From the NCBI RefSeq assembly GCF_964355755.1, contig NC_092680.1:21461045-21525044 (forward strand): a stretch of DNA of 64,000 nt, given 5' to 3'. This document shows positions 53,381-64,000 of the stretch, one piece after another. The notes under the pieces were generated by a model. The model saw only the letters and a list, made by a program, of their open reading frames with translations, was not told the origin of the DNA and searched no databases. The position numbers and the translations under genes were made by a program. Within the stretch, counting starts at the first letter, position 1. Each line of letters opens with the position of its first letter. The stretch comes from Antedon mediterranea (lineage: Eukaryota; Animalia; Echinodermata).

Positions 53381-53729
53381 AAGGTACCTTGCGATCACTC
53401 CAGGTATGCTACAATAATGGCTTAAGAATGTTGTTGCAAAGGCCTCGACATTACAGTGCCAGCCTCATGTTTACGGAATGTAGAATTCCCTCTTTTTATG
53501 AATTGTTAAGAATATCAATATATGGCCTGATGTGTAGACTTAATGCAAGCAAAAATATTTTAATCTCAACGATTATAAGCAATGGCTTAGTTAAGTCGAA
53601 GATGCTTTCTAGATGGAATGCCATCCTGAGATGAGTAGTAGTAATTTTGTTTATTTTATTTATTTCATTTATATGTAATTTACTTTCTATGGACCAGAGT
53701 TTCCGAAATAAAAGATTGAATGAATGAAT
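53381..53729 (+). mobile_element. Second, shorter copy of the same LINE 3' end, inserted in the hAT element
   Basis: Aligns with few substitutions to 10178-10517 and ends in GAATGAATGAAT. It abuts the final codons of the hAT transposase on the opposite strand. Confidence 0.9.
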
Positions 53730-55188
53730 CTTGCGTGGTCGCATCTCTGCAAAAGTTTGTATAGCGTGGTCAAAGCTGATAGATTTTGCGATATTTCTCT
53801 CTATTGATAGAATAGCTAGTCCAGAAAGCCGGTCCTGTCCCATAGTAGATCGCCTGTAGTCTTTGATGATCTTTAGCTTTGAAAAGCTCCGTTCCGTCTC
53901 TACTGAAGTAGCGGGTATTGTACAAAATATTGCATATAGCCTGTACAAATTGCGAATTACAAAACGTAGATTCGACTGGAACAAGTACTTAAACATATCT
54001 TGTGCCGATGCATTTTGTGGTATTTCGGTTAGGTGCATTCACAATATGTTGTTTCCATGCATCATACTCGGATCTTACTGCTGGATCGATATCTGGGTGT
54101 GGACCAGATCCATAAACTTTGGAGAGGTCTTCCAGCTCCTTGGTGACTGTTTCATTGTCTCTCTTTTTCATTAGAGATGGCGTCAATAGAACCCTGAATG
54201 CCTTTAGAATGTCACGATTTGCTGCAAACCGTTCCTTAATTTGCATACGACATATGTCTATGCAGCCATAAAATACATTAGCTTTAAAGGACTCTTCAGG
54301 TGTGAGTACCTCATCTCCTGCCAGTTCACCGCTTTGTTGCTTTCGTCGTCTTTGACGATGTTGTTTGAACTCCGTTGGAATTTCGCACTTTGATGCAAGT
54401 TTCTTTGCGTTGCTCATTAATGTCTTGTAATATTCGTCGCTTCTCTTATCTGCCAGTGCTTTTTCAGCATTGTCTATTAGTTGTAATGCTGTATCTATTG
54501 CAATTCCTCGCTCTTGCAATGCGTCAGAAGCCACACGAATTGTCTCAAGGATGTCTTTGAGAACTGTAAAAGCTGCAATGAAGTCAAACGTAGACACACT
54601 TTCCAAAAGACCAATTGCATTCGACACAATTTTGTTGTCATGTTCCTCTTCTGCAATTTCCTCCAAAGCGTCTAACAATGCTGGTAAAGTTTTTTCAATT
54701 GTCCTTAGGGAGTCGCAGTGACTAGCCCACCTGGTTTCTGAAAGTCTTTTCAGGGATGATGGATGCTGTATGTTTCGCTCTTTTTGACATCTGACAAAGA
54801 TAGAATCTCGTTTTGGACTAGCTTCGATAATTACATACAGTCGTTCTACTACTATACCGAAAAAGTTCTTGCACAGGATATTGGATTTGAAAGCAGCTAC
54901 AAGGACTAGATTAAGGCAGTGATTGCTGCAATGTACATACAAAGCTTTAGGATTTTCATTCAAGACTTTGGTTTTCAAGCCGTTATACCTGCCTGACATG
55001 TTACTAGCTCCATCATACCCCTGACCTCTTAGTGTCTTGATATCAAGTCCCCATGTCTTTAACGTCTCACATAGACATTTGAATAACGCTTCAGCAGTCG
55101 TAGATTCGACATTTTGGAACTTGAGAAACGACTCGTATGTTTCTCCTTCAAGGGCATACCTAAGAACAAACGAGACTTGCTCAACAGT
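53730..55188 (-). pseudogene. hAT transposase pseudogene (ZMYM1-like/P52rIPK-type) with C-terminal hAT dimerisation domain
   Basis: Motifs EQVSFVLRY, RGQGYDGASNMSG, YVHCSNHCLNLVL and LSETRW occur in ORF 53989-55212. After a frameshift near 54040, TIPATSVETERSFSKLKIIKDYRRSTMGQDRLSGLAILSIE occurs in ORF 53496-54038. The N-terminus is lost. Confidence 0.9.
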
Positions 55189-55556
55189 CTTGAGGTACAT
55201 TAACATCGCCAATTTAGGTTCTATTCATGTCCTCATCGCCATATGATCGTGAGTGTCCAGCTATGAACTTGAAGTACATAAACATGGCCAATTTAGGTTC
55301 TATACATGTCCTCATCGATATGTGAGCAATGATCGTCAGTGCCCAGCTATGAACTTGAGGTACATAAACATCGCCAATTTAGGTTCTATTCATGTCCTCA
55401 TCGCCATATGATCGTGAGTGTCCATCTATGAACTTGAAGTACATAAACATGGCCAATTTAGGTTCTATACATGTCCTCATTGCTATGTGAGCAATGATCG
55501 TGAGTGCCCAGCTATGAACTTGAGGTACATAAACATGGCCAATTCAGGTTATATAC
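55189..55556. repeat. Same satellite, right part (alternating 79/86-bp units)
   Basis: Unit starts at about 55186, 55265, 55351, 55430 and 55516. Confidence 0.9.
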
Positions 55557-57624
55557 AATTAGTCCTCAACGTCACAACAAGCCGTTTCCCAAATATATAT
55601 ATTTTTTTAATTAGATCGCACTTTCTAATAAGAAAACGAGGTCAATAAAAATAAACACAAGTAGGAATAATTTCAATAGCGATTTCTGCAGCTTTTCAAG
55701 ATTTATTTACCCGGTAATATGTATTCTCATGAGTGTCATTTTGCCTCCGTGTCAATATCCACTTGCAATCTCTAATGTTTTGGTTTTTTATATGTAAAAT
55801 TCGTAATTATTGTTTGCGCAAACTCGCCATTTGGTCGTGCCTTGTTCGATTTAGTTATAAGATGTCACTACAAATTAAGGACTGCTGTAAATACAGATCT
55901 GTTCCATAAAATTAAACTTCTAATTGAGAAATACTACCCCTCTTTCTGTTTTGAAACGAAGAAAATATATAGGCATTGTAAATCATATTTACCGGTTTAA
56001 GTGTAATAAAATTAAACTTTACAGTAAGAAAATTCAGTTTTACTTTGTCATGACACGAAATAAAATAACTGAGGTATAATGTGCGACGAGAGCTATACTA
56101 GGTGTAATAATGATGAATGTGTATTCTTTATCTTTACTCTCCTCTCTCCAAGTTCTTTGCTTAATTCAGCAGCCCTATTTCGAAAAGTGAACAATTTGTA
56201 GTTAAATTGTGATCTTGTTTTGTTGTTTTACTTTACTGCTGTTTGTGATCTTCGTAAACCCTTCTTCATGTCATTCCTCATGTTAATGTTTGTATCAAAC
56301 GATTGTCCTTTATCAAATGAATTCTTTAGATATCTTTAATTTCTCAATATGATAGAAATTATTTTATTTACAAATATAGTTTTATTCAACCTGTTATTGG
56401 TGCTTTGCACTGTTGGTTCGAAAAAAAAAGATGGCGATGAAACCGATAGGAAGGTGGTGTAATTGTAGAGATAGAAAAGGCACTAATTTGTTTTCAGGAA
56501 ATGGAGATGGTGAAATCAGCGATATACTGCACATCAGTTGAGGAGTCATAAGTAAAGATCGTTGGCAGGTCTTTATGAATTCGTTGTGCAATTCGCTGCA
56601 GTAATCGTATGGTACATAAAATACTATCAAGTTTAATTGCATATTTGGAACATGAGAATAAACACGAATAACGGAAAAGAGAATAAGATCCTGGTATTAA
56701 TAAATGAAAACAACTTTGCAAGTGTTTGTTGCTTTAGAGTATGCAAGGAACGACACAAGCACGATAACCTTATTATTTTCTAAACTGAAAAAGTTTTTAA
56801 AGATTTGAAAATTGAAATAATTTTTATATACCGGTACATAAAATGGAAACAAATAAGCATAGGCATCTAATAATACCATTGGCCTATAAGTTAGGCTAAA
56901 TACTAAATATATTATAATTTGGGTTATTGAAGAATATTTGTTTGTAATATATTTTATTTTTGGCACAGTTCCAAGAAATTAAATTACCGTCTGCAAACAT
57001 AATAGTTTATGGCGCTTAAAATGTATTTTTAAATCTTAAAATCAATAGGCCCGGAAATGCTACTTTATTATGCATTTCTGTCTCGGTTGTTTTTCACTTT
57101 CAAGTATACCTTGTTGACGTCACTATGTCACGTGTCAATTAGTGTTTGTGGATGTGTACTTATTCAGTATTTTGACCTTGCAAAACTTATTTGGAACTTA
57201 AGCCCTGGCACACGACCATTCTTAAAGTATAATAGCGTATTGTGTTGGCGCTACTTAAGCCCAGTGCTGTCTTCAAACACTTTTACATAACAAAAGTACT
57301 GAACTTTTAAGAAGTCTAGATGTGTAAAGACACATCGTTATGAAGTGTTTCATTTTCTCTTCCCTCTAAATTTAAACTTGAATGTACAGTATTACTGTTG
57401 GTTGTAAATGGAAACGTCTTTTTTAACTGTGCCTCAGCTCTGCAAATTTTATAAAATTAATTTGGATAAAAGTACCGAATGAGATTACTGAAACCAAAAA
57501 AAAAATGTTATTTTAATTTTGAAGAAATGGAACGAATGAAATAGAATGGAATCATTATATTTCACGCCCTATATTAAAGTTTGTTTCTTCCAATAGCAAA
57601 CTTAAGTATTTCTTACCTTTTAGC

Positions 57625-57890
57625 AAAAATGGAAAGTTTTATTCTTACAATCAAAATAATAAATTGAAAGTTTTTCTTACATTTTAAAAAGTAAATGTAA
57701 AGTTTTTTTCATTCAATTGTCAAATGGAAAGTTTTTTCTTCCATTCAACTGTGAAATGGAAAGTTTTTTCTTACATTTAAAATAATGGAAAGTTTTTTCT
57801 TCCATTCAAATGGCAAGACAGTTTGTCATTTTCCATTCAATTGTCAAATGGAAAGTTTGTTTATTTCATCCAAAAAGCAAACGGAAAGCA
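57625..57890. repeat. Degenerate ~32-bp tandem repeat
   Basis: AATGGAAAGTTTTTTCTT(C/A)CATT recurs through the interval. Confidence 0.8.
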
Positions 57891-60800
57891 ATCAATTAGC
57901 CTTATTTGGTGGTTGAAAAAAAATAAAAAAGTATGACGGCCGAAAATGTGGGACAGTTATCGCGTTGTGTGACCGTCGTCATGTCTCCTTGGAGAAACGG
58001 CAAATGTGTAATCCTTTTTACATGCCAATTTCCCGTGTATTAACAAGCCGGTGGTAGCCGTTTGAAAATGATCACAAACAACTAAATTGGAACCAGTCGA
58101 TCGTTCCAACAGGAAATCATCATTAATAAATTTGTGCTAAGCAACTTACTGCTTCAAGTTTTATTAATGGTATAAATAATTTAACGTCAACGACATCGGA
58201 TGATTTTAAAAAACAGGTTTATTTTCAAGAATTAATTAATAATGTCCAGGATATTAGACATGTGTAGAATGGACAGTTTCTACTGTACTGTGACACATTT
58301 AAAACATAGATTTAGGTTAATTTTATAAACAGATTCAGCCAAAAACGTTTCCATGTTTGGAGCGGGAGCAAAGGTTGTGAAATATGCTATGGTGGTTTAA
58401 TAAATAATACAGGCGAATTGTGTATTGATAACCCCTAAATACGAACATTTACTTTATAGGCCTGCTCACCAAAAAATGCAGTATATTATTGAATAAAGTC
58501 TCTGAAAAGGAGGAAAAAATTCAGTATAATAGGCCTAACATTTTGATCTCTATTCCATTACATAATGTTTCTAGTTATTAGGCCTACACCTGTAATTGCG
58601 TCCATATTTGATTAAGACAAATATTACAATTATCGCATCCTCGCGTGACATAGTTTACCGTCTTGACAAGTTCATTAATATTAATTCTAAATTAACAAAA
58701 TGTTCGATTATTCCCCATATGCCGCCGAACTTCTCAATGTGATCATCCTAACCTCAAAAGCCAGGCAGACACCATCTGCTGTTTATTAAAGGCTATTTGA
58801 ACTGTTTCTATTATTTAGAATAATTAAACATTATGTTCCTATTTGCATAGTTATTATGGGAGTACACAAGTATACAATTGTATGGTTGTGATAAGGGTTT
58901 ACAGGTAATCTAAGTCCAACTCGGGATTTAAGCCCACTAGCATGCTTCTGTTCAACACAGTGACGACGACACACGTTGCAATAACCCTATTCAGCTCAGG
59001 TAGTAGCAGATGGTTTGACTGTTTGATCAGTTTTTGTTACCAGTGAAAAGAATTGGCTAAAAGCCTCTGGCTAACATTGTTAAGAAGCTTTCATACAGGG
59101 TCATACCTTTCCCAAATTCTAGTAGTTCAAACAGCACGCGAATACCACATCGACGCGTGGCGAATCATTTTTTCTTCATGAATGGACCTATAGAAATACA
59201 ATCGCAACAAGCTTATCAACGAGTTTAAACTGATATACGAAATCCACAAACAATGGGGTTTACCTTAATAGCCTATATAAGAAAATATCGATGGGCATGG
59301 ACGATGACCAGCTGCCGTAATCCGATAACATTTTGATTTGGTCGTCTTCGAATGCGTCCTTAAGAGGGGTAAAATTGAATGACACAAGGACGATGTTTTG
59401 ACCCAAACCGGCCTAGAGAAGATGCACCTGCAAAGCAGTCGGGAAATGATCTTGTCTTGTATTCAATCACTTTACAAGAGAATTGATAATATAGCAAGCT
59501 GCACACTTAAGCAAGGTCAATCTCTAACTACAGTTAATAACGAGTGCTTAAAATGTATTATCATGTTTTTAATCTTAAAAACATCTTAATAATTCTTAAT
59601 TAACTCACATTAAATAATAAAGGACGGACTGTACATCCAAACAACTATCTTTCAAGTCTCTCACTAAAGTGGTTTACAGTTATATTACTAATTTATTTCT
59701 TCACTATCTTTCAATATACCAGGCCCTCTCATCTTTACAAATTCGTAAATATAGGACGTCAAATTGCAAACAAAAATGTGGGAATGATCAAATTTACGAA
59801 AGTGAGAGCAAAATGACAAAAAACATTTAACTCGCAGCAGATGCTGTCTGCTAGTTTATATCACGTGATCATGTCAACATACGTTAAGTGGTTCCTCGCG
59901 GCAGAAATAAAAGTCTTTCAAAATGGATAAAATGACAAAATAATTTTGAAATTGAATCGTTGAAAGGTAATAAATAATTAAAAACTACAATTTGTCGCGT
60001 GCCAGAATCTCTCCTCGCCAACCAAATTAATTAGATAAAATACGGCAGATTGAGTACGATAGGTTGATGTGCTCATATTTGAACATGTTTATGGTTTATT
60101 GCGCATAAAATGTGAAACAGGTGTCATCTTTGAAGCGTGGTGAACTTTAGCCACGATAACCACGCGAGGGACACGCGTTTGAGATTGGCACGTGTTCCTG
60201 TAAACTTGTCCTCATTGAGTTCGCTCACGTACGGAGGTTACGATTTAACGCTATGCGTCGTTATATTGGTATGCGAGGTTTTAAGTGGTACGCATTAACC
60301 GCGCACGCGTCTTTAACGAAGACAAAACAAAACTAATTCCGTACCTCTGTACTCAAGCCTAACGCTAATCGAAAAGAATAATTAAATTGCACGGAAATAT
60401 TGGTAAACAATCTAACAATAAAAAACCAAGTAAATTCAGACTCTATTTTACAACGACCCATTATTTTTTCAAACGATCGACCTGGTTTATTCTCGTGGTA
60501 AAAAACAGGTGCCTAAATTAATCAACACGAACCGGAAAATCCAAACATATTATGTTGGGTAACTCTTCGTATATAATGGCAAAGATAATAAACATAAGCT
60601 AACGCTTTCTGTTGTATGTTGATCTTCTGTTTACTAACCGTCGTTCCCCAGACTCTAGTAATATGAATGGTTGCAAAAGACACCGCCAAAGCTCGGCGAC
60701 GGCAGATGGGTGAAGTAGTCACGAAAACGTAAACACAATGATAAATTAGGCTATAATATATGCGATCGTTTATTAACGATACACACGACATTCGCGCGAG

Positions 60801-61837
60801 TTTCCTGAAGTTATTAAAAGACATCAATGAATGTTACTTGGAAGATACTATGTTAGAAGAGAGAGGACTTGTTAATGATAACGCTTTTACTGTTTTAACT
60901 GTGTGTCCAAATCCATCATAGCAATACCGTAAAAAAAATATAATAAATAAAGATAATGACATTATGACCAGTCCCTGTTATGACATCATTTGTTGATTCC
61001 TTATCAATTTTAGACAATGATGTTGTAATTTGAACTACATATATACCAACTATTTCTAATTTAAATCAAATCCCACTTTCCATCAGTATTAAGCGTCACC
61101 CTCTTCTCGTGATTTTCGAGCCGCCTCTGTTTATTTTTAATGACAAAAAAATCCCTTAAAATCGTAACATTCGATCGCACTCGTCGGGAACAATTTGAAG
61201 TTGAAAATGTATGTAAGCGATTCTTTCAGTTTCATATTGGTAACAAGAATCAATGTCGATGACCTACTAATAATATACGGTTAATTACTCTCTATTTATT
61301 GTAAGTATAATTAGCGTCTCTCTTATGCCAAAACCAACCAATTCTGAACCTAATAGCCTACCTCTAAAAAGCATGGAGGAGAATTAATTCTTCCATGCAT
61401 CTTTCTTTCTTTTCTTTTTATGCGTGCATCTTTCTTCTTCTTTTTTTTCCTTTTTTTATTTGCTGCTGCTAATTGATACGGTATTGGTAAAGAATGTTAA
61501 TGTTTTCGTAATTCGGCTTTGTTGCCAGTTCTGGTGACGAACACGGACGGGAATAAAACGAAAACAACTGCAAGACAAAAAGTTAGGAGGACTAATTAAA
61601 GCAAAACGTAATTGCTCCAAGATTAAACATAAATACACATTATGGTTGTGGTGTGGATGAGCGCTTAACTCGTGTCTCGTTCCAAACGAAGCAACCTGTT
61701 TGATTTTGTTTATTTGTAGTAGATACGTAGGCTATAAACACTGCAATTAGTTGCCATTTTGATTAGTGTTCACGGAATAAAAAAAAACCTATGCACAAGA
61801 CCAGCAGAAGGTCAGCATCTATTCGGATAAGTATATT

Positions 61838-62078
61838 CTCGGATAAGGACTATAAACCGTAGGTCCAGTGTACGTTATAACCCATGTGTAGGCCTACTTT
61901 GAAAAACCCAGTTCATCATTCGAGGCGAGTAGGGGGTTACCTCTGTGAACTGGTTCACAAAATAGCCCCTGTATAAGGGGATTAAAACCTATCTGATAGG
62001 ACAGTGATTCATTTACTATTGGTAATCCTTGGCCACATGTGTCTAAAGGCATAAAATATAAAATATATATATAAAATA
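61838..62078 (+). mobile_element. SINE fragment with a Nin/Deu-type domain
   Basis: CGGATAAGGACTATAAACCGTAGGTCC...AAAACCCAGT...TTCGAGGCGAGTAGGGG matches the Nin-domain pattern as I recall it. It ends in a (TAAAATA)n-like tail. Confidence 0.6.
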
Positions 62079-62801
62079 TTCAGAATGGTAGAGGTATTTT
62101 ACTCGAACTAAGGCTATTCTGGTAAGCGGTAACCAGCGAGGTGTTTTCACAAATGTCATTCTATGGCATATGGTTCGTAGACACTATTTCTAGCTCCATA
62201 CAATAGCATTAGAATGACCTATCAAATGGTAACTCATCGAGAAAAACAAGAGAAAACACCAACACGTATTATTAGATCAATAGGCCTAAAAGTAACATTT
62301 TATCTCTAATTTTATCACAGTTTCCCGTTGTGAAAGCGCTCCCTGGGGAACAACCACTGCGAGGAATAGTTATAAATAGGGCTAATGCTAAGTAGGCCTA
62401 GGCCTAGATATCGGACAGAGGAGGATAATAAAGCAGTTTACAATTCATTCTTGATGACTTGTCACGTATAGGTACCTGTAGAACAAAAGACGTGTCTGAT
62501 TTCTAGTAAATAATTGATGCCAAGAAATGGAAAGTCGTTAATACTCAAACTAAGTTGTATTGAATTCACCAATGGGAGCAATTGAAAAGATTCTCTGCCA
62601 CGCGACCATTTTTTAATGAGTCCATTCAAGGCGGATCAACGTATAAGTCTGGCCTCGATTTCATTCAATTTCTCAACTTCATTAAGCTTAAGCTATAGTG
62701 CCGTGTATATTAAAGGGGGCCAATTGAGTCAAATATGCCACGCAACCAAATATACGGTACCACTGGGTAAAAAAGAATTGCTGCGAGCGCTATTGGACTA
62801 A

Positions 62802-62921
62802 AGCTCTGTCTACACTATCAAACTTTATGTGACAACAAAATTTGATGTGCTCTTATATCAATACCATATTTGGGCACATCACACTTTTTTTTTGTCAAAC
62901 TAGTTGATAGTAGACAGAGAT
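62802..62921. mobile_element. MITE family B copy with internal deletion
   Basis: AGCTCTGTCTACACTATCAAACT...AGTTGATAGTAGACAGAGAT, flanked by TAA and TTA. Confidence 0.8.
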
Positions 62922-63595
62922 TTAGAATAGTGACGGTCAACACTAATATTATATCATGGTTTATGTATTTCCCTGGTCAATCATCAGGACCTACTCCAAC
63001 GTAACTTATACGAAACAATTACAGAAAGAACAAAACCAACAAAATGTTATCTCCAGAATAATTAATAATAATATTATCACGATCTACTACTACTACGAAC
63101 GTTCATGATCAGTGTATGAATCCACTCATTAAGTGCCTCAAAAGTTCAAAACACTATATTCTAGAATAATAATACTATATAAACAAAATCAAGCAATTAA
63201 TTATTCTCGTTCATGAAAGACACGAATTTGGATGTGATTCCATTTCAACGACACGATCCGTCATTTAAATGAGTTTTCTCCCGACTGAATAGGGTCGATT
63301 TTTGTAATTATAAAGTTAAATATTCTCACATCTAAGAGCAGCTATTGTTATGAAGCAATTCGGTGAGTAAATATTTAACAAGGCTGACCTGTATATAGTG
63401 GCTAGATACTGAGATACCGTCAAGTACCCACGCGACAACGGTAATGTACTGCCACGCTCTATACGTCAATTCCCTAGTCACGTGACGGATACCGCTTGTC
63501 AATCTGTCTCATTTAAGCTAACGACATCTTTTTCACAGGGTTGAGACATTAGTGACAAGAGGAAGATGGGACTATGGCGATAATCATTGTGATAA

Positions 63596-64000
63596 AATAA
63601 TGATGATGATGATGACGATGAGGATGACGATAATGATGATGATGTTGAGGATGTCGATGATGATGATGATGATGACGATGAGGTTAATGCTGATGATGAC
63701 GATGATGATTATGATGAGGATGTCGATGATGATGATGATGACGATGATGATTATGATGAGGATGTCGATGATGATGTCGATGAGGATGATGATGCTGATG
63801 AGGATGATGATGCTGATGATGATGACGATGATGATTATGATGAGGATGATGATGCTGATGATGACGATGAGGATGAGGATGATGATGACGACGACAACGA
63901 TGATGATGACAATGAGGATGATGATGATTACAATGAGGATGATGATGACGACGATGATGATGATGACAATGAGGATGATGATGATTACAATGATGACGAG
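63596..64000. repeat. Imperfect (GAT)n trinucleotide tract running off the window end
   Basis: GAT with GAC/GAG/AAT/GCT/GTC/TAT variants; triplet phase is kept throughout. Confidence 0.95.

Larger units (their letters stand above)
53207..55188 (-). mobile_element. Truncated hAT-superfamily DNA transposon; one terminal repeat remains and a LINE interrupts it
   Basis: The terminus CAGTGGCGTATCCAGG begins at 53207, directly after the satellite sequence ACTTGAGG. Transposase coding sequence occupies 53730-55188. The other terminus and the N-terminal coding part are missing. Confidence 0.85.

Noticed and set aside
53496-54038. The 180-aa ORF as a novel fusion protein
   Set aside because: It is the frameshifted hAT C-terminus reading through into the antisense strand of the inserted LINE.
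1143-62801. Remaining 60-140 aa ORFs in the supplied track
   Set aside because: Their lengths and composition are as expected for random AT-rich non-coding DNA, many have non-ATG starts and I recognised no domains.

Overview
This window is AT-rich animal genomic DNA, most likely from a marine invertebrate (inferred from the SoxC protein and the repeat types), and is not prokaryotic. It holds one clear host gene, an intronless SoxC (Sox4/11/12) HMG-box transcription factor at 38263-39315 (-). The gene has a recognisable TATA/CCAAT promoter, a ~1.1 kb 3' UTR and a poly(A) signal, and it sits in a ~64 kb stretch with no other recognisable gene. The rest is repeat-derived: a nested satellite > hAT transposon > LINE insertion (53.0-55.6 kb), 5'-truncated LINE ends, a 5S-rRNA-derived element, tRNA- and Nin/Deu-domain SINE pieces, TAA-flanked (Harbinger/Tourist-type) and TTAA-flanked (Kolobok-type) non-autonomous elements, and many minisatellites. 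The most unusual signals are a large excess of TA-N(3-4)-TA short motifs (TAGGCCTA more than 35 times), a perfect Sox-CRE-Sox palindrome upstream of SoxC, a family of tiny TGGAGGAATTA hairpins and a candidate 5S-headed SINE. I found no convincing novel multi-gene system. All coordinates were read by eye and repeat classes were not checked against databases.
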